Part shown: positions 50,200 to 63,669 of the stretch, in pieces
How the letters are laid out: each line of letters starts with the position of its first letter
Numbering within the stretch: the first letter of the stretch is position 1
NCBI GenBank assembly: GCA_050084515.1
Contig: CM114271.1
Coordinates: 22,010,001 to 22,074,000, forward strand
Length of the DNA: 64,000 nucleotides
Direction of reading: 5' to 3'
From: Blasia pusilla
Lineage: Eukaryota
Position numbers and translations under genes: made by a program
Notes under the pieces: generated by a model
The model's input: only the letters and a program-made list of their open reading frames with translations
Told to the model about the DNA's origin: nothing
The model's database searches: none

Positions 50200-53100
50200 G
50201 GTTACGGACAAAGGGATGTTATATACCAATTAGGTTAGTGTTTTGCATATACTGGTCGGGTTGGTGCAAGAAGGTAGCTAGTGTAGATACAGTAGCATGT
50301 TGATCGTCGGAGTTGTTGTCACTCAATATAATTGTCCCCGGACGCTAGGCAGCTAGTGGCAACGAAGATTACTCCACAATATGGAGCTGGGCAATAGCTG
50401 TAACGGACCTCTTGTCATGGCCTTTTGCTGGTTGCCATACTATTGAGATGCAATTGTTGTAAGCTAGACATGACGTAATTAGGCAGAATAAGTGGATTGA
50501 ATACCAAACTCAAGCAGATCTAAAGGTGAAATGGAACCAAGAATTTGAAAAATTGCCCTGGTTTTAACTCGGGTGAGCATCACTTATACAAGCCCAGGAG
50601 CAAAGGTTGCTTTTATAACTAGCAAGCATTCATTCTTAACAATCATGCCCTCACTCTTATGTCACATTATAGTATAACCTAAAATTAGGGGGAAGGTTTT
50701 TTTTAATATCCTTCTAGTTAGGCCCATAATGCAAAGTAGAGAAAGAAATTGGTTATAGTTACATGAATAATTCTGCCATTAGATTGTAGCTTCACAATAA
50801 TTGCTCTCATTTGATGGTCTTCATGGACACATTCTAGTATATTTGCAAATGCACCATTCACGGCTTGATTAGCGATATCAATATCAATATCAATAACTCT
50901 ACAACCAATTGCAAGAAACTGAATTTGATATAAAGTAGTATTGTGAATCCAATGATGAAACTGTGGCCCAATAGGGGCATTTGTTGTAATGGGGACATGG
51001 AATATGTCCTTGTAACCATAAAACCTCTAAAGAGCAACAACGTTAAAAAGTTAGACATTGCATGGATGTGAACATATGGATTACATGTGTGTCTCCATCG
51101 AGAAAGTCAATTGCGCTAGTCTCATCAATGAAAGAGGTGGAAAATTGACCGTCTATGTCATTTTGGGTTGGTTGAGTAAGCCTTATATGAGACAAAATGT
51201 CGAGGAATGGTAGATCAAGGCTATTCCTTATCCCCATAGATAGCTGGAATTTCGGCATGTCACCATAAAATGGGGAGGATGATATGTGGCAAAGCAAGCA
51301 TAGCATAGGCGACTTATTGCGGCATACATGTGGCACTTAGGATAGATCACCAACAAGTATGAGGAGCTTCTTTGAGAAAGGGTTTGGACCATAGGATATT
51401 GATACTAGTATAGTCTCATGGCGAAGATATGCAACAACCTAGGTGCTAACATTGAGCATTCGTCTATTACTACAACCCTAGCATTCCTTAGTCAGGTATA
51501 TTGATCAGACACATTGAGGGCAGATCATCTTTAATCGGTATACCGAAGGTGGAATATATAGTTGTGGCACTCTCGTGAAGACGAAGAGCAACAATACCAC
51601 TAGTTGTAGAAAGCAAGGATGTAGTAGAGACCGACTCCTAGTACTTCCGCATGAAATGAATGAAAAATGTTTTCTCGCAACTTGGTGGAGCATTGAGCAG
51701 TATTCAACCAGACGCCATAGACTTTAGCTGTCCAAACAAGTCTAGTTGCTCTACATTGAGCATGTGGGTAGGGAGGGTATCAAAATTCAAATACCCCTAT
51801 ATGGTCAGGAACAAGGAATTAAATGTTGTTTTCTGTAATTTCAATATACATGGAAGGGCACACATCAAACTAAAGGTGTGGACGAACAATATCTAATACT
51901 TTTGATATAATTTGTCCACTATGTAGGTTGCTCCAAAGATAAGCTACGGCGCGCTTCCTAACTTCCTCTACAATACACTACAAGTCCTTGAATATTTTTC
52001 TATATATGTACTCATGTAGGTAAGACCAATCAAGGGAAGAAGCAATCAACAGCTCAGTTTTAGATGTGAAACTGATATTCCTTGACTTGCATACAAAAAT
52101 TTGTTCCACTGGTGTAAGGGATGATGCTTAGTGAACCCGACTATGCGGTTTCTTTTGCATACTAGATTTCCAACGTAGTCAGAATTGACAAGATCCTTGT
52201 CAAGTCTTGACTTAGTCCTCAATAGTTCATAGCTCTCCTAGAATCACATAAAGGTCAGGTTAGAAAGGGAGTGCGGACGATGACAATGGAGAATCATGGG
52301 ATGGATACAAAGAGTTGTCGAGTTCTTGTATAACGCAGTGTGTCGGCATGGTGGGTTGGAGTCAATATACATAACGCCCTCGGATCTTTGAATCATTGGT
52401 ATCTTGAGGGTTGTCAAGGTTGCCTCAGTGGATGAAACAGATCTGTTCAAAACCAAGCCAGATATCAATCTCAACCTAACTTCATCAAGGCCATCAAGGC
52501 TAAGGTACTTAGTGCACTTAGAAGTGATGTTGAGAGAACCTTAGGGTTCATATTTGAGGGCACTTAAGGAGGTAGAACAATCACTGCACGTTTGTAACAC
52601 GTTGAAGGTTCATGAGTGCCCCCCATTATAACAAAAAGAAGAAAGTGACGAACCTCAATAAATATGCACGATGGAAAACCCATCAAAAAAGAAGAAGAAG
52701 GGGACTCAAAGAGTCAAGTATGCAAAGGCTACATGCAGCCTTGAAAAAGAAGAAGGGGGCATTCCCCCTATTGATTAAACTCACCAATAGCATAAACAAT
52801 ATTAGCAACTCCTAGTGAACTATGAGTACTACTAAGTGGGCCTCTAGCGCCGCCATCTCCCATAGCTTGAGCCCACCGCAAAAGCCCATTGGCCTAGCGA
52901 CACTGCAAAGCTATGGAGATCCGTAGCAAAAAAGTAGGATGATATGGTATGATGTTGCGGTGTTGGCTGCCACGTATGTAGTATACTCACTTCAGGGTGG
53001 CTAGGTCTGTCGATGATCTTTCTTGATAAGTAGGTGGAGCGGGGAAGCCCATCCTCCATTAGGGTGGATGGTGTGCTATCCTATTTATAGTGCACACACT

Positions 53101-54006
53101 CCATTTGCAAGTACGGATCTATTTGGTTTGACGTAATGATGCAACTTAACTATTGTGTCGAGACAATTTTGCGGTATAGGAGCCATATCACGTGCATAAT
53201 GAATGTAGCAAAAAATCTCGCTGGTGACGTAATTAACATCATTGGCATCTTCCATCAAAAAAATGTGAGAGTGCACATTGCCCCTATTATGCAACTCAAA
53301 CTTGACAAGATAGTTAGTTACACGAGCAAGGATTTGGGGGCCATTGAGTACATTATTAGGAAAAAACAATTCACCGCGTGTATAGAACAATATTGCGCAT
53401 TCGACTTGGACATCCCTCCACGAGAACTTATGATTAAATCTCTCTAGAAGCTACTCAATATCGTGGACTTCTAGCTACTTGTTGTTAGAAACTTCATTTG
53501 AGGTAAGGGTTAAGAAAAGGTCGGGCATGCCGCACTTGTTCACCATTGCTTTAAGGTCGCACATGTGATATCGGTGGTATCAGTGCCACGATGGATTGCT
53601 AGGGAGTTGGGCATTGAAACCATACCTAGATAGTTGAGAATACTGGTCTTCATGAGGGATCTCTAGTTGCCTCCTTTATAATTGCTCAAGCTCGGGGTTG
53701 AGTACACATGTGTAGGTGGAGGACACAATAGCAAGAGATTGCCTTAGGTGGTGCATAACAAGTAGGTATGGTTTATAGAGTAAACACACTAAATAATTGC
53801 TTGATGCAACACCGAATGTAGTCAACAAATGTTGTAGTACCACATAAATATCCCCTTACGTGTGGGAACAACAATGGAAATATACTCGTTTCAATAGTTA
53901 GTCTAGCATCAGGAGACACACCATTGCTATCACTAAGAAATTGATCTCTACAATGTGCACTCTCTCTAAGAAAAACACGTCCACTATGAAAGATATCATA
54001 GGATAG
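50200..54006 (-). mobile_element. Decayed Helitron Rep/PIF1-helicase region
   Basis: The minus strand reads FPLLFPHVRG, DLKAMVNKCGMPDLFLTLTSNE (Rep motif 1), FELHNRGNVHSHIFL (HUH motif 2), VVIDECSM (Walker B) and ILVGDL. Many stops; ends not located. Confidence 0.8.
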
Positions 54007-54484
54007 TGTCGTGCGCATACACACCGCTACAAAATCCACATTGCTGGTCACATCTAAACACCACACAACACTGATCTTCCCTACACACGGGTCGATCCAC
54101 CCATAAACGAAATACGCTCACCCATATACATCGAGACTAAACAACCAAATCAAAATAAAATCGGTTGACCTGACCTTCAAACTCCACTCATGAATCTACA
54201 TCGGCATATCTAGTCATATCCACGCTCTAACCTCCTCATTCACGCACACCAAAAGTACTCCAAAGACTCCCTTTTTTTTTAATAGCCATAGGCTAACCTT
54301 ATGCTAGCAAGTTGTTGCACTTCCTTGAGGCTTAATGCCAACCCAAGCTGCCCTCGCCGAAGTCTCGCAACCCTGAGAGTTGCCGCACTTCTTGAATACT
54401 CAGACCTGGCTTGGTCTGCCGACTTTTGAGTTGAGCGCATCTCGACGACGGCCCTACCTCGATCCAACGATGAAGAACGTCACA
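54007..54484 (-). repeat. Solo terminal repeat related to the MTase-gypsy A-x-B unit
   Basis: The reverse complement of 54007-54220 matches 29630-29813 (gatgtagatt..gagtggagttt...ggatcgacccgtgtgt.gggaagatc...tatgcgcacgaca). The boundary at 54484 is tentative. Confidence 0.7.
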
Positions 54485-54951
54485 CATGTGCTTACTGCCA
54501 CGTGGATGCCTTCACCTGTCTCTTGAGGCACTCATATGAGCAGTCGTTTCGTCAAGTGCGGCCTACGCTGCACAGAGCTCTAGTGGTCTCCGTGAGCGTA
54601 GACGCATTTCTACCGTTGAAGCTGGTTCTTTATCATTTGTAACACCCACATCAGTAGAGGAAGGCCCAAACGTTAGAGAAACCCTAACTCGGGAATTGTG
54701 AGGTGTGAAACGAGAGGGAGATATTTCCCGTCGTCCTCTGTCGTGGGGTTATGGGGGTTTTGCAACTCCGCTGTCCCCCGACCGAGATTCAGTAAATTGA
54801 GGGAGGCGCCGATCGATAAAACTCGACGCAAGTGTGGGATCGGCAAGTCGGGATCGCTGGACATGTTGAGCTTTTTGTCAGGAGCTCAGTAAGGAGCGGA
54901 ATGATGAAAATTTGAGGTCGGTACAGAGGAATTCGAGGCACGCGAGACGTA

Positions 54952-57900
54952 ATGTGGAGGGTAGCGCTGCGCCAGCTGACGCGGAATCAGCAAGCGGGCG
55001 CAGGGGAGAGGATTGGAGTGGGATTGCAGGACACTTGTGGAGGGTGGAAATATCGGTGTGTGAGGCAAACGAGCAGTTCCGGTGCTGCTGCAGAGCCAGC
55101 AGCGGACGTCTGTAAGGCGGATTTAGCGGAAGTTCGATGGGAGTTTCAAAGTATTGGATTTTCTTCTTCAGCTACATCATTCAGTACACCAGCATTATAT
55201 TGCGACAAGTTGAACCCCTTAGAAGCGAGTGTGACAGCATTGGATACAGCTCTGCACAGCGTCGTGCACCTGCCATTACTTGCCAACCAGATATGGTGGA
55301 TGCAATGGTTGTCGGATTCTAAATCAGATGGATCTGATTACGGGCAGGGGCTCAGATCTGGTATCTCATCGGTGTCTCGTCACCGTCCTGGTGCCAAAAA
55401 CTTCGCTAGTGCGGCCGCATTGGAGCAGGAAGACGAGGACGAGGAAGAGCAGGCAAGTAGAGAGAACAGAATTGTAGAAAACGTTGCCTCAAAAATTGGC
55501 CGACATAAGCGTAAAGGACAGTACTCGAAGTTGTACGATCGTCAGATGAAAATAGAGTCGCTGGCATGGGAAAGCGCAGCTGCAGAGTACCGGGAACTTA
55601 TGTTGGAAATGTGCAAGAAGAATTTGGCACCCAATCTTCCTTTCGTCCAGTCCTTAGTACTAGGGTGGTTCGAGCCACTGAAGAATGCAATAAAATTTGA
55701 GCAGGAGGCCATAGAAAACTTAGAATTTAGGGAGCACAGGGCTGGTTATGGTCCTTTTCTATGTCAGCTTCCTGCGGACATGCTTGCGGTCATCACTATG
55801 CATAAGATCATGGGAATGTTGATGAGCGACTTGTCCGCTGGTGGTTGTGTGAAAGTTGTGTCGGCTGCCATAGCCATCGGTGAAGCTGTGGAACAGGAGG
55901 TGAGTTCTTAATTCATAACTCAATGTTCTGCTAGCTCCCTTGTACTTTCGTGAGCTCTAGCTGGCCTGGAATTTTTTCGGAGGAGGAAGATTTTGTGCTC
56001 TGCGTTTCTGTTCGATTATATGCGTCAAAAGTTTAAACTTCAAGGGCTTGGCAAGCTCTTGACAAGGCACGGCACAGACTAATAGTGCATATGGAGTTAG
56101 CGACACGTTTAACATCACAAGTGGCTGTACTTATGGGTGGGCGGGTGGGATTCTTGTATTTCTGGCCTAAATTCTAAGGCTGGTGTGATCACAGGTTGGA
56201 ATATACAAGCTTCTCCGAAAAGCTACCAAAAAGAAGAAAGGGAAGAGTGATCCGAAGGACTTGGATGTGGCAAATCAAGCTGCTGCCAGCCCTGCCAAGC
56301 CAAATGTGCAGCTGAAGGAGAAAGTGAAGAAGCTACTGAAGCAACAGAAACTCCGGATTGCTGGCAGTCTTGTTAGACTTGCCAATGGCGATGAACCATG
56401 GGGAGGCGAAATTAGATTAAAGGTGTGATACGTGATTGGTGATCAGGAAATACTTAAGTCTTTTCGACTTGACCTGAGTTGCAAAGTTTTTGGCATATTA
56501 ATGCTACGAGCTTGAATGCATGCAAGTCTGGTACAATGCCTGGCAATTACGTGGCCTATGACCCACTAAATTCTAATACTTTTTTTGCTTACTGTCCAGC
56601 TTGGGTGTCGCCTGATTGAAATCATGATTGAAGTGGCTTTGCTACAAACCCCAGCCAGTCAGACTGGAGAAGATATGGGAGAACTCCGGCCAGCATTCAA
56701 GCACACTATGAGAGTCTTCCCAGGCCAGAAGTAGGTAGATTCTGCATAGCTGTCTGTCAGGCAATGTTGAACAAGTAACAGGGATATTTATTGCCGTGAG
56801 GCCTTGATTCGGTTGTGTTCCTTCGTATTAGCAGCATTTCCATCAGATCATAAATACTTGGAGTTCTCTTGCAATGCAGTGCGGCCCATATGTTTGGAGT
56901 TGTTGAATGCGATCCTCTAGTGATGCAAGAACTTGACAAGTCGGTAAGTACCTCCTTTATTTTGATCCCAGCATGATCGAATGGTCAAAATCAAGAAGAT
57001 CTGGAAGCTAAGAGCGCAAATGAAAGTAGTAGAATTCATGCAATGAAGTGAGGCCGCAAAATTCATCTTGAAGGTTTATTTCTTAACTATCACACTGCCG
57101 CCTTCAATTAGACAGTGCCGCAGGAATGAAGTCACCTGCTTTATTATCCAAGAAAGATCAATCTTGTTTCCAAGGATGCCCTAATTCCGTTTCCATATCA
57201 ATTGGATCAGTCGAAAGGAAGTCTAAATGTTAAGAAAATGTCTCGTAGAGATTCAATGTGCCACATGAAGGTCATCTTTTGTGGGTGGGAATTGGTCTGC
57301 TTCTACCTCTTGAACCTGTCACCGACTTGACAATCTGCCATTTTGACGATTGCAGGTGAGGCATATGGTCATGCCCTACATGCCGATGTTGGTTAGACCG
57401 CGCAAATGGACAGGGTAATAATCAAAAGCATTCATGGATTGTTAGGGATTGTGAGATTGCAGTGATGCATTCTGGGCCTCAACTATCTTGTTGAAAGTGA
57501 ATACATGTCAAGTACTCTCTGTCAGCCAACAACCTAGCCTAAACCGTGAGATCCAATGTCTAGAGAAGGCTGTTGCTCATTTCAGAAATGTTGCGGACCT
57601 TTTCTAGATTTGCGACTGGTGGTTACTTGATTCTGCCGGCAACTGTGATGCGGATACATGGAGATAAGCAACAACGGGATGCTATACAGAAGTCCTCTCG
57701 GATGAGCACTCAAAATGTGTTTCATGTAAGTAGTGCTACTGTGAGGAAACCGCATCAACTACAAGATTTCAGTTTACTAAAGGTCCTCTGGACTGGAATT
57801 CATAGAGTTTTTTGACATGGTGCTGCCCTTACTGTGATTTGCAGAGTCGTTAGGATGTAGTTAAAGACCTGCTGGAGTGTTGAAATTTGTTAATATCTAG

Positions 57901-60900
57901 TTTAGTCATGCTCTAAAAATAGTTAGTCAGATACTAACTTAGTTGGATACTAATTTAGTTAGCTAGAGATAACTTAGTGTTCCTCTATCTTTTAGGGTAA
58001 CCTTGAATTAGGGCAATTCTCGAGTTAGGGTTAGCCACCATCTGTTATTTAGGGTATGGATCTGTTCAAGAAGATTTAAGGGCCAGAAGTGCTCACCCTG
58101 ATGTATATAATGTCTCTGTTTAGAGAGCAGAAGCCAATTCTACAGCATGCACAGTTTTGGTGAGGACTCCTGAGGCTCTTGGTCCTGCTGCAGAGTGATC
58201 AGAGAGTAGGAAGAGGAGATTGAGACTAATTGCTGTGCTTGCTAGAGCCTCACTGGAAGGCAGGTTGTTTTGTCTAGTATGCTGATGGAGATTGTTTGTG
58301 CTCAATGGTGAGCCATGTCTGATCTCTGAGCTGGTGACATGTGAGGACCTGTAGTGTGAGTGCAAGGTGTGGCTGAGTAGAATCCTTCTTAGTATCTCTT
58401 AGATAGTAAGAAGAGTCACATCATGGTAGGGCTCTGATTTGGCAATAGAGATAGGAACTGATTTGCTGATTGTGTACAAGCTGAAATCATGGATGGTCTA
58501 GCTGATGCTAGCTCTGACTTTGTACAAGGAGATACTTCTGCTGGTCAATCATATTCTCAGGTTATGGGCCCACCCCAAACCTTTTCCTTAGTGATTTCAG
58601 CAGTGTAGAGAAGTTAGATGGTGGGAACTATAGAGAATGGTCCAGAACCATGATGGACATTCTAATGCTGAAAGGGTTGTGGGTGTATGTTGAGATGAAA
58701 CCTCACAATCTAGAAGAGCTTGTGGTAAACTTCGCTTGGAGACAGCAAAATCAGTTGGCAGCTATCTTACTCAAACAGACCCTGAACTCCTCTATGAGGG
58801 AGTTGGTGGATGGTATAAGCAATGCTTGGGAGATCTGGTCCAAGCTGAAGAGTTTGAACAAGGAGTCAGCTTTGACTCTAGCTATGCCAAGATGGAAGAC
58901 ATTGAGCTCGACAAGGATGGCTGACACAGATAGAGTTGCAGCTCACATTGCCAAAATGGAGTCAACTTTTGCACAAGTGAAAGCAGATGGACAGGAACTG
59001 ATTCCTATATGGAAGGTAACCCTGTTGCTATCCTCCTTACCTCCTCGATTTGATACAATGGTTACAATCTTTGAAACCTGGGAGGCAGATTTGCTTACAT
59101 GGGAATCTGTGACCAACAAGCTCCTGAGATATGATCAGAAGGAGAGGTGATTGTGGAAGAAACAGTCATGCTCAACAGGGATAGGAAGTGGAAAGAGACC
59201 AGAACTTGTTACATTTTGTGCAGAGAAGGGACATCTTGCTCGCAATTGTCCAAAGAAGTTGAAAAGGGGAGAGAAAGTTAAAAGGAGTGGATCTGCAGTC
59301 AAGAATCAAGAGAAGTTGATGGAGAAGCAAAGTACCTCCTACAGGGAGAAGGATAAGGCAAAGGTTGCTGGAGTGATGACTACTGAATACACATCTGATG
59401 AAAGTTACTGTTCTTTCATGATGGCCTCGTGTGAGAAAGATCTCAAGAGGAGCAGTGGATGGTGGGTGGACTCCGGTGCAACATCACATGTCTGTTATCA
59501 AGAGGAGTTGTTCTCAGACCTAAAACCAGCAAGTAATCATCACGTGAGAAGTGCTTCTGGATTGTTAAGTCCTGTGGGAGGGGTTGGCTCAGTTTCTATT
59601 TTCTTCAGTGCTGATGAAAGCAAATTGATGAAATGGCAGCTATGGAGTGTTATATGTTGCAGATTACATAAAAATCTGTTGTCAGTTAAGAAATTATTGA
59701 GGCAGGAATTGATGTGCACTTCTGGAACTCAAACCAGACTTGCACACTTGAAAGAAATGGGAAAGTCTTGTGCCGAGGAGTGGTACAAGGAAATTTGTTC
59801 AAACTGCTGGAATGTGATCCAGAGGAGCAGGTAAATCTCACTGAGAATAGGAGCTTGCTGAATCTGTGGCATTGCAGATTGGGGCACCTATCGAAACACA
59901 GCATTCGAGCTCTGCAAGGAATGTCATGTGGTGTGGAGATTGAGAAGTCACAGAAGCTTGAGTTCTGTGAGGCTTGTGTGCAAGGGAAAGCTCACAAGTC
60001 ACCCGCTCCCAGAAGGTCACTTAACAGGTCTGAAAGATTATTGGACCTGATTCACTCTGATGTGTGTGGACCAATGCCTGTAAAGTCACTAGGAGGAGCA
60101 CGCTATTTTGTGTCATTTGTGGACGACAAGAGTAGAAAGAGCTTTGTGTACCTGATAAGCAGCAAGGCTCAAGTTCTAGAGAAATTTGTTATCTTTGTCA
60201 ACATGACAGAGAGGCAAGTTGAACGAAGAGTGAAGAGACTTAGGTCTGATGGAGGAGGAGAATATGCAAGTAAAGACTTTCAAGCATATCTCTCAGCCAA
60301 GGGGATATTAAAAGATGTTACGGCACGTGACAGCCCCCACCAAAATGGAGTAGCTGAAAGGCTGAATAGAACCTTGCAAGAGAAAGCCTTGAGCATGTTG
60401 CAACATGCCAAGCTTGGTCAAGAATTCTGGGAGCAGCTACCATGACAGCGAATTATCTGAGGAACATCAGTCCCACAGCGGCCTTGAAGAATGTAACTCC
60501 AGAAGAGTGCTGGTCTGGTAAGAAACCTGACATTTCTAGATTGAAAGTGTTTGGTTGTGTTGGCTATGCCCTCACCCCTGATACACAAAGGAGGAAACTA
60601 GATGCAAAGGCTGACAAGTACATATTTGTTCCTTGAAGGGCTGAAAGGATACATGTTGTATAATCCTAGAACCTGCAAGGCAATTGAAGCAATGATGTGA
60701 CTTTTGATGAGAAGAGTTTTTGGAAAGACTCTGAGCACAAAGAGTCAATGGTCACCAGAGTGATGCCAGTAATCACTTCTGTTGTCACTCCTGTAAACAT
60801 CCCTGTAGTGTCGAACTCACATCAAGATGCTGATAAGGAGGAAGTATCAAAGGATACACTTGCAGAATGTAGTGGAGGATTAGATACTTGCACCCAAGGT

Positions 60901-63669
60901 GTAAGAGAGGAAGATCATGTTGAAAATGATCAGCCTATGAAGGTGTACCAAAGGAGAAGTGCAGCCAAGCAAGTTCTAGAGGCACATGAGTCCACAGAGG
61001 GAGTGATCAAGGAGATCTCAGAGCAAAGGAGATCTGGAAGAATTTCCAAACCTGTAGAAAGGTTGGGATAAACGAAGCTCATTCTATTGAAGAAGGAGTT
61101 GTAGAGCCCAACTCTTTGAGTGAGGCTATGAGCAGGAATGATTCGAAACAGTGGGAGCAGGCTGTGGCAAAGAAAAGGTCTCATTAGAGAAAAATGAGAC
61201 ATGGGAGTTTGTAGATTTGCCACCTGGTAGAAAGACCATTGGTTGCAAATGGGTCTTCAGAATAAAAGGGGACCAAAGAATGAGATCTTGAAGTACAAGG
61301 CACGTCTGGTTGCAAAAGGCTTCAATCAGGAGGCTGGTTTAGACTATCAGGAGACCTTTGCTCCTGTTGCAAGGTATGGATCCATTAGAGTTCTCTTGGC
61401 ATTAGCAGCTCAACATAATTGGGAGGTGGAACAGATGGATGTGAAGACTGCATTCTTAAATGGAGAACTGAAAGAGGAGATCTACATGGAGGTACCAGAT
61501 GGTTATACTCATCCAGGCAAGGTGTGTCTCTTGAAGAAAGCCCTTTATGGCCTAAATCAAGCACCTAGATGCTGGTATGAGAAGATGGATGCTTACCTGA
61601 TCAGGAAAGGATTCCAACGTAGCAATGCAGATCAAGGAGTGTACTCCTTAGACTCCACTATGTACATAGCATTGTATGTTGATGATCTTCTGATGCTAGG
61701 AGGAGCTTAGACACTGTAAAGAGAGTGAAGAAAGACCTCTGTCGCAACTTTGAGATGGTTGATCTGGGTCCAGCAAAGTGGCTATTGGGGATTCAGATTG
61801 AGAGAAATCGGGAAGAGAGCTGGATACGATTGAGTCAAGAAAAGTATATAGAGAGTATCTTGATCAGGTACAACATGCAAGATTGTAAGCCTGTATCAAC
61901 ACCCCTAGATCCTGGCTGCAAACTCAGCAAAGATATGGGAATTTCAACTGAAAAGGTTGACAATTTGCAAGCACTATATCAAAGTGCTGTAGGGTCATTG
62001 ATGTTTGCTATGGTCTGTACCAGAGCAGACTTAGCATACCCAGTTGGTGTCTTAGCCAGGTACACCAGCAAACCTACAATAGAACATTGGAAATGTCTGA
62101 AGAGAGTACTCAGATATTTGCGTGGCACAACAAGAACATACTTGGAATACAGGCATCAAGAAAATGGACCAATCTTGGAAGGGTTTTCAGATGCAAGTTG
62201 GGGAGATGATACTGATGAAAGAAGATCAACAAGTGGATATGTCTTCTTGTTAAGTGGAGGGGTGATCAGCTGGTGCAGTAAGAAACAAAGAACTGTTGCA
62301 CTCTCTACAACTGAGGCAGAGTACATGGCGCTTTCTCTTGCTGCTCAGGAGGTGATCTGGTTAAGGAGCTTATTGAATGATCTTGGATATGAACAGATGA
62401 CTCCTACATCCCTACAGGTTGACAACAAAGGAAGTATTGCATTAAGCAAAAATCCTGTTCATCATCCTAGAACAAAACACATAGACATCAAACATCACTT
62501 TGTAAGAGAAATGATAGGAAGAGAAATCTCCTTGGTTTACTGTCCAACAGAGAATATGGCAGCTGATGTCCTGACCAAACCTCTGTCACAGGACAAACAT
62601 AGAAAGTGTATATCTATGATGGGCATTACTCTAAACTCTCATTAAGAGGGAGTGTTGAAATTTGTTAATATCTAGTTTAGTCATGCTCTAAAAATAGTTA
62701 GTCAGATACTAACTTAGTTGGATACTAATTTAGTTAGCTAGAGATAACTTAGTGTTCCTCTATCTTTTAGGGTAACCTTGAATTAGGCAATTCTCGAGTT
62801 AGGGTTAGCCACCATCTGTTATTTAGGTATGGATCTGTTCAAGAAGATTTAAGGGCCAGAAGTGCTCACCCTGATGTATATAATGTCTCTGTTTAGAGAG
62901 CAGAAGCCAATTCTACAGCATGCACAGTTTTGGTGAGGACTCCTGAGGCTCTTGGTCCTGCTGCAGAGTGATCAGAGAGTAGGAAGAGGAGATTGAGACT
63001 AATTGCTGTGCTTGCTAGAGCCTCACTGGAAGGCAGGTTGTTTTGTCTAGTATGCTGATGGAGATTGTTTGTGCTCAATGGTGAGCCATGTCTGATCTCT
63101 GAGCTGGTGACATGTGAGGACCTGTAGTGTGAGTGCAAGGTGTGGCTGAGTAGAATCCTTCTTAGTATCTCTTAGATAGTAAGAAGAGTCACATCATGGT
63201 AGGGCTCTGATTTGGCAATAGAGATAGGAACTGATTTGCTGATTGTGTACAAGCTGAAATCATGGATGGTCTAGCTGATGCTAGCTCTGACTTTGTACAA
63301 GGAGATACTTCTGCTGGTCAATCATATTCTCAGGTTATGGGCCCACCCCAAACCTTTCTCCTTAGTGATTTCAGTTTACTAAAGGTCCTCTGGACTGGAA
63401 TTCATAGAGTTTTTTGACATGGTGCTGCCCTTACTGTGATTTGCAGAGTCGGTAGGATGTAGTTAAAGACCTGCTGGAGTCTGTGTGCACAGTCTTTTAT
63501 TGGCAGATTCCTATGCTCCTGGTGCTTCCTACTAATTTTTTCTTTTGGTTTGTAGGCCCTTGATACGCTGGGTTCGATTCGGTGGCGAGTGAATACTAGA
63601 GTTTTGGATGTGATGGAGCAAATATGGCAAGAAGGAGGACGACTGGCTAAGATGGTGGATGCTGAAAAC
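54952..63669 (+). CDS. RPOT: Nuclear-encoded phage-type (T3/T7-like) organellar RNA polymerase, first 7 exons; continues beyond the window
   Basis: Exon 1 54952-55899 (MWRVALR transit peptide-like start; RQMKIES.AWE.AA.EY; LAPNLP..LGWFEPL; AVITMHK). Further exons at about 56195-56422, 56600-56730 (LGCRLIE), 56880-56943 (GVVECDP), 57356-57414 (PYMPMLVRP..WTG), 57608-57725 (GGYL) and 63556-63669 (ALDTLG..WRVN). Confidence 0.92.
57765..57878 (+). repeat. 114-bp host intron segment duplicated at 63367-63480
   Basis: gatttcagtttactaaaggtcc...gacctgctggagt occurs on both sides of the copia element, with one substitution. Confidence 0.92.
57878..63374 (+). mobile_element. Young Ty1/copia LTR retrotransposon in RpoT intron 6
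   Basis: LTRs 57878-58559 and 62653-63332, identical except two 1-bp homopolymer indels; PBS GGTTATGGGCCCA; PPT AAGAGGGAG; gag, CCHC, protease WWVDSGAT, GAG-pre-integrase WHCRLGH, rve IHSDVCGP, RT YVDD, RNase H FSDASW...TKHIDIKHHF. Confidence 0.95.
58560..58572 (+). promoter_or_regulatory. PBS complementary to the internal (half-molecule) region of initiator tRNA-Met; contains the gag ATG
   Basis: GGTTATGGGCCCA directly after the LTR end CA, as in Drosophila copia/Ty5/Osser-type priming. Confidence 0.85.

Noticed and set aside
54901-54952. Upstream in-frame extension for dual targeting of RpoT
   Set aside because: An in-frame TGA at 54913 closes the frame upstream of the ATG; targeting cannot be decided from this sequence.
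58120-58365. Identical 81-aa ORFs at 58120-58365 and 62893-63138
   Set aside because: Antisense ORFs inside the two copia LTRs, with no sign of a real gene.
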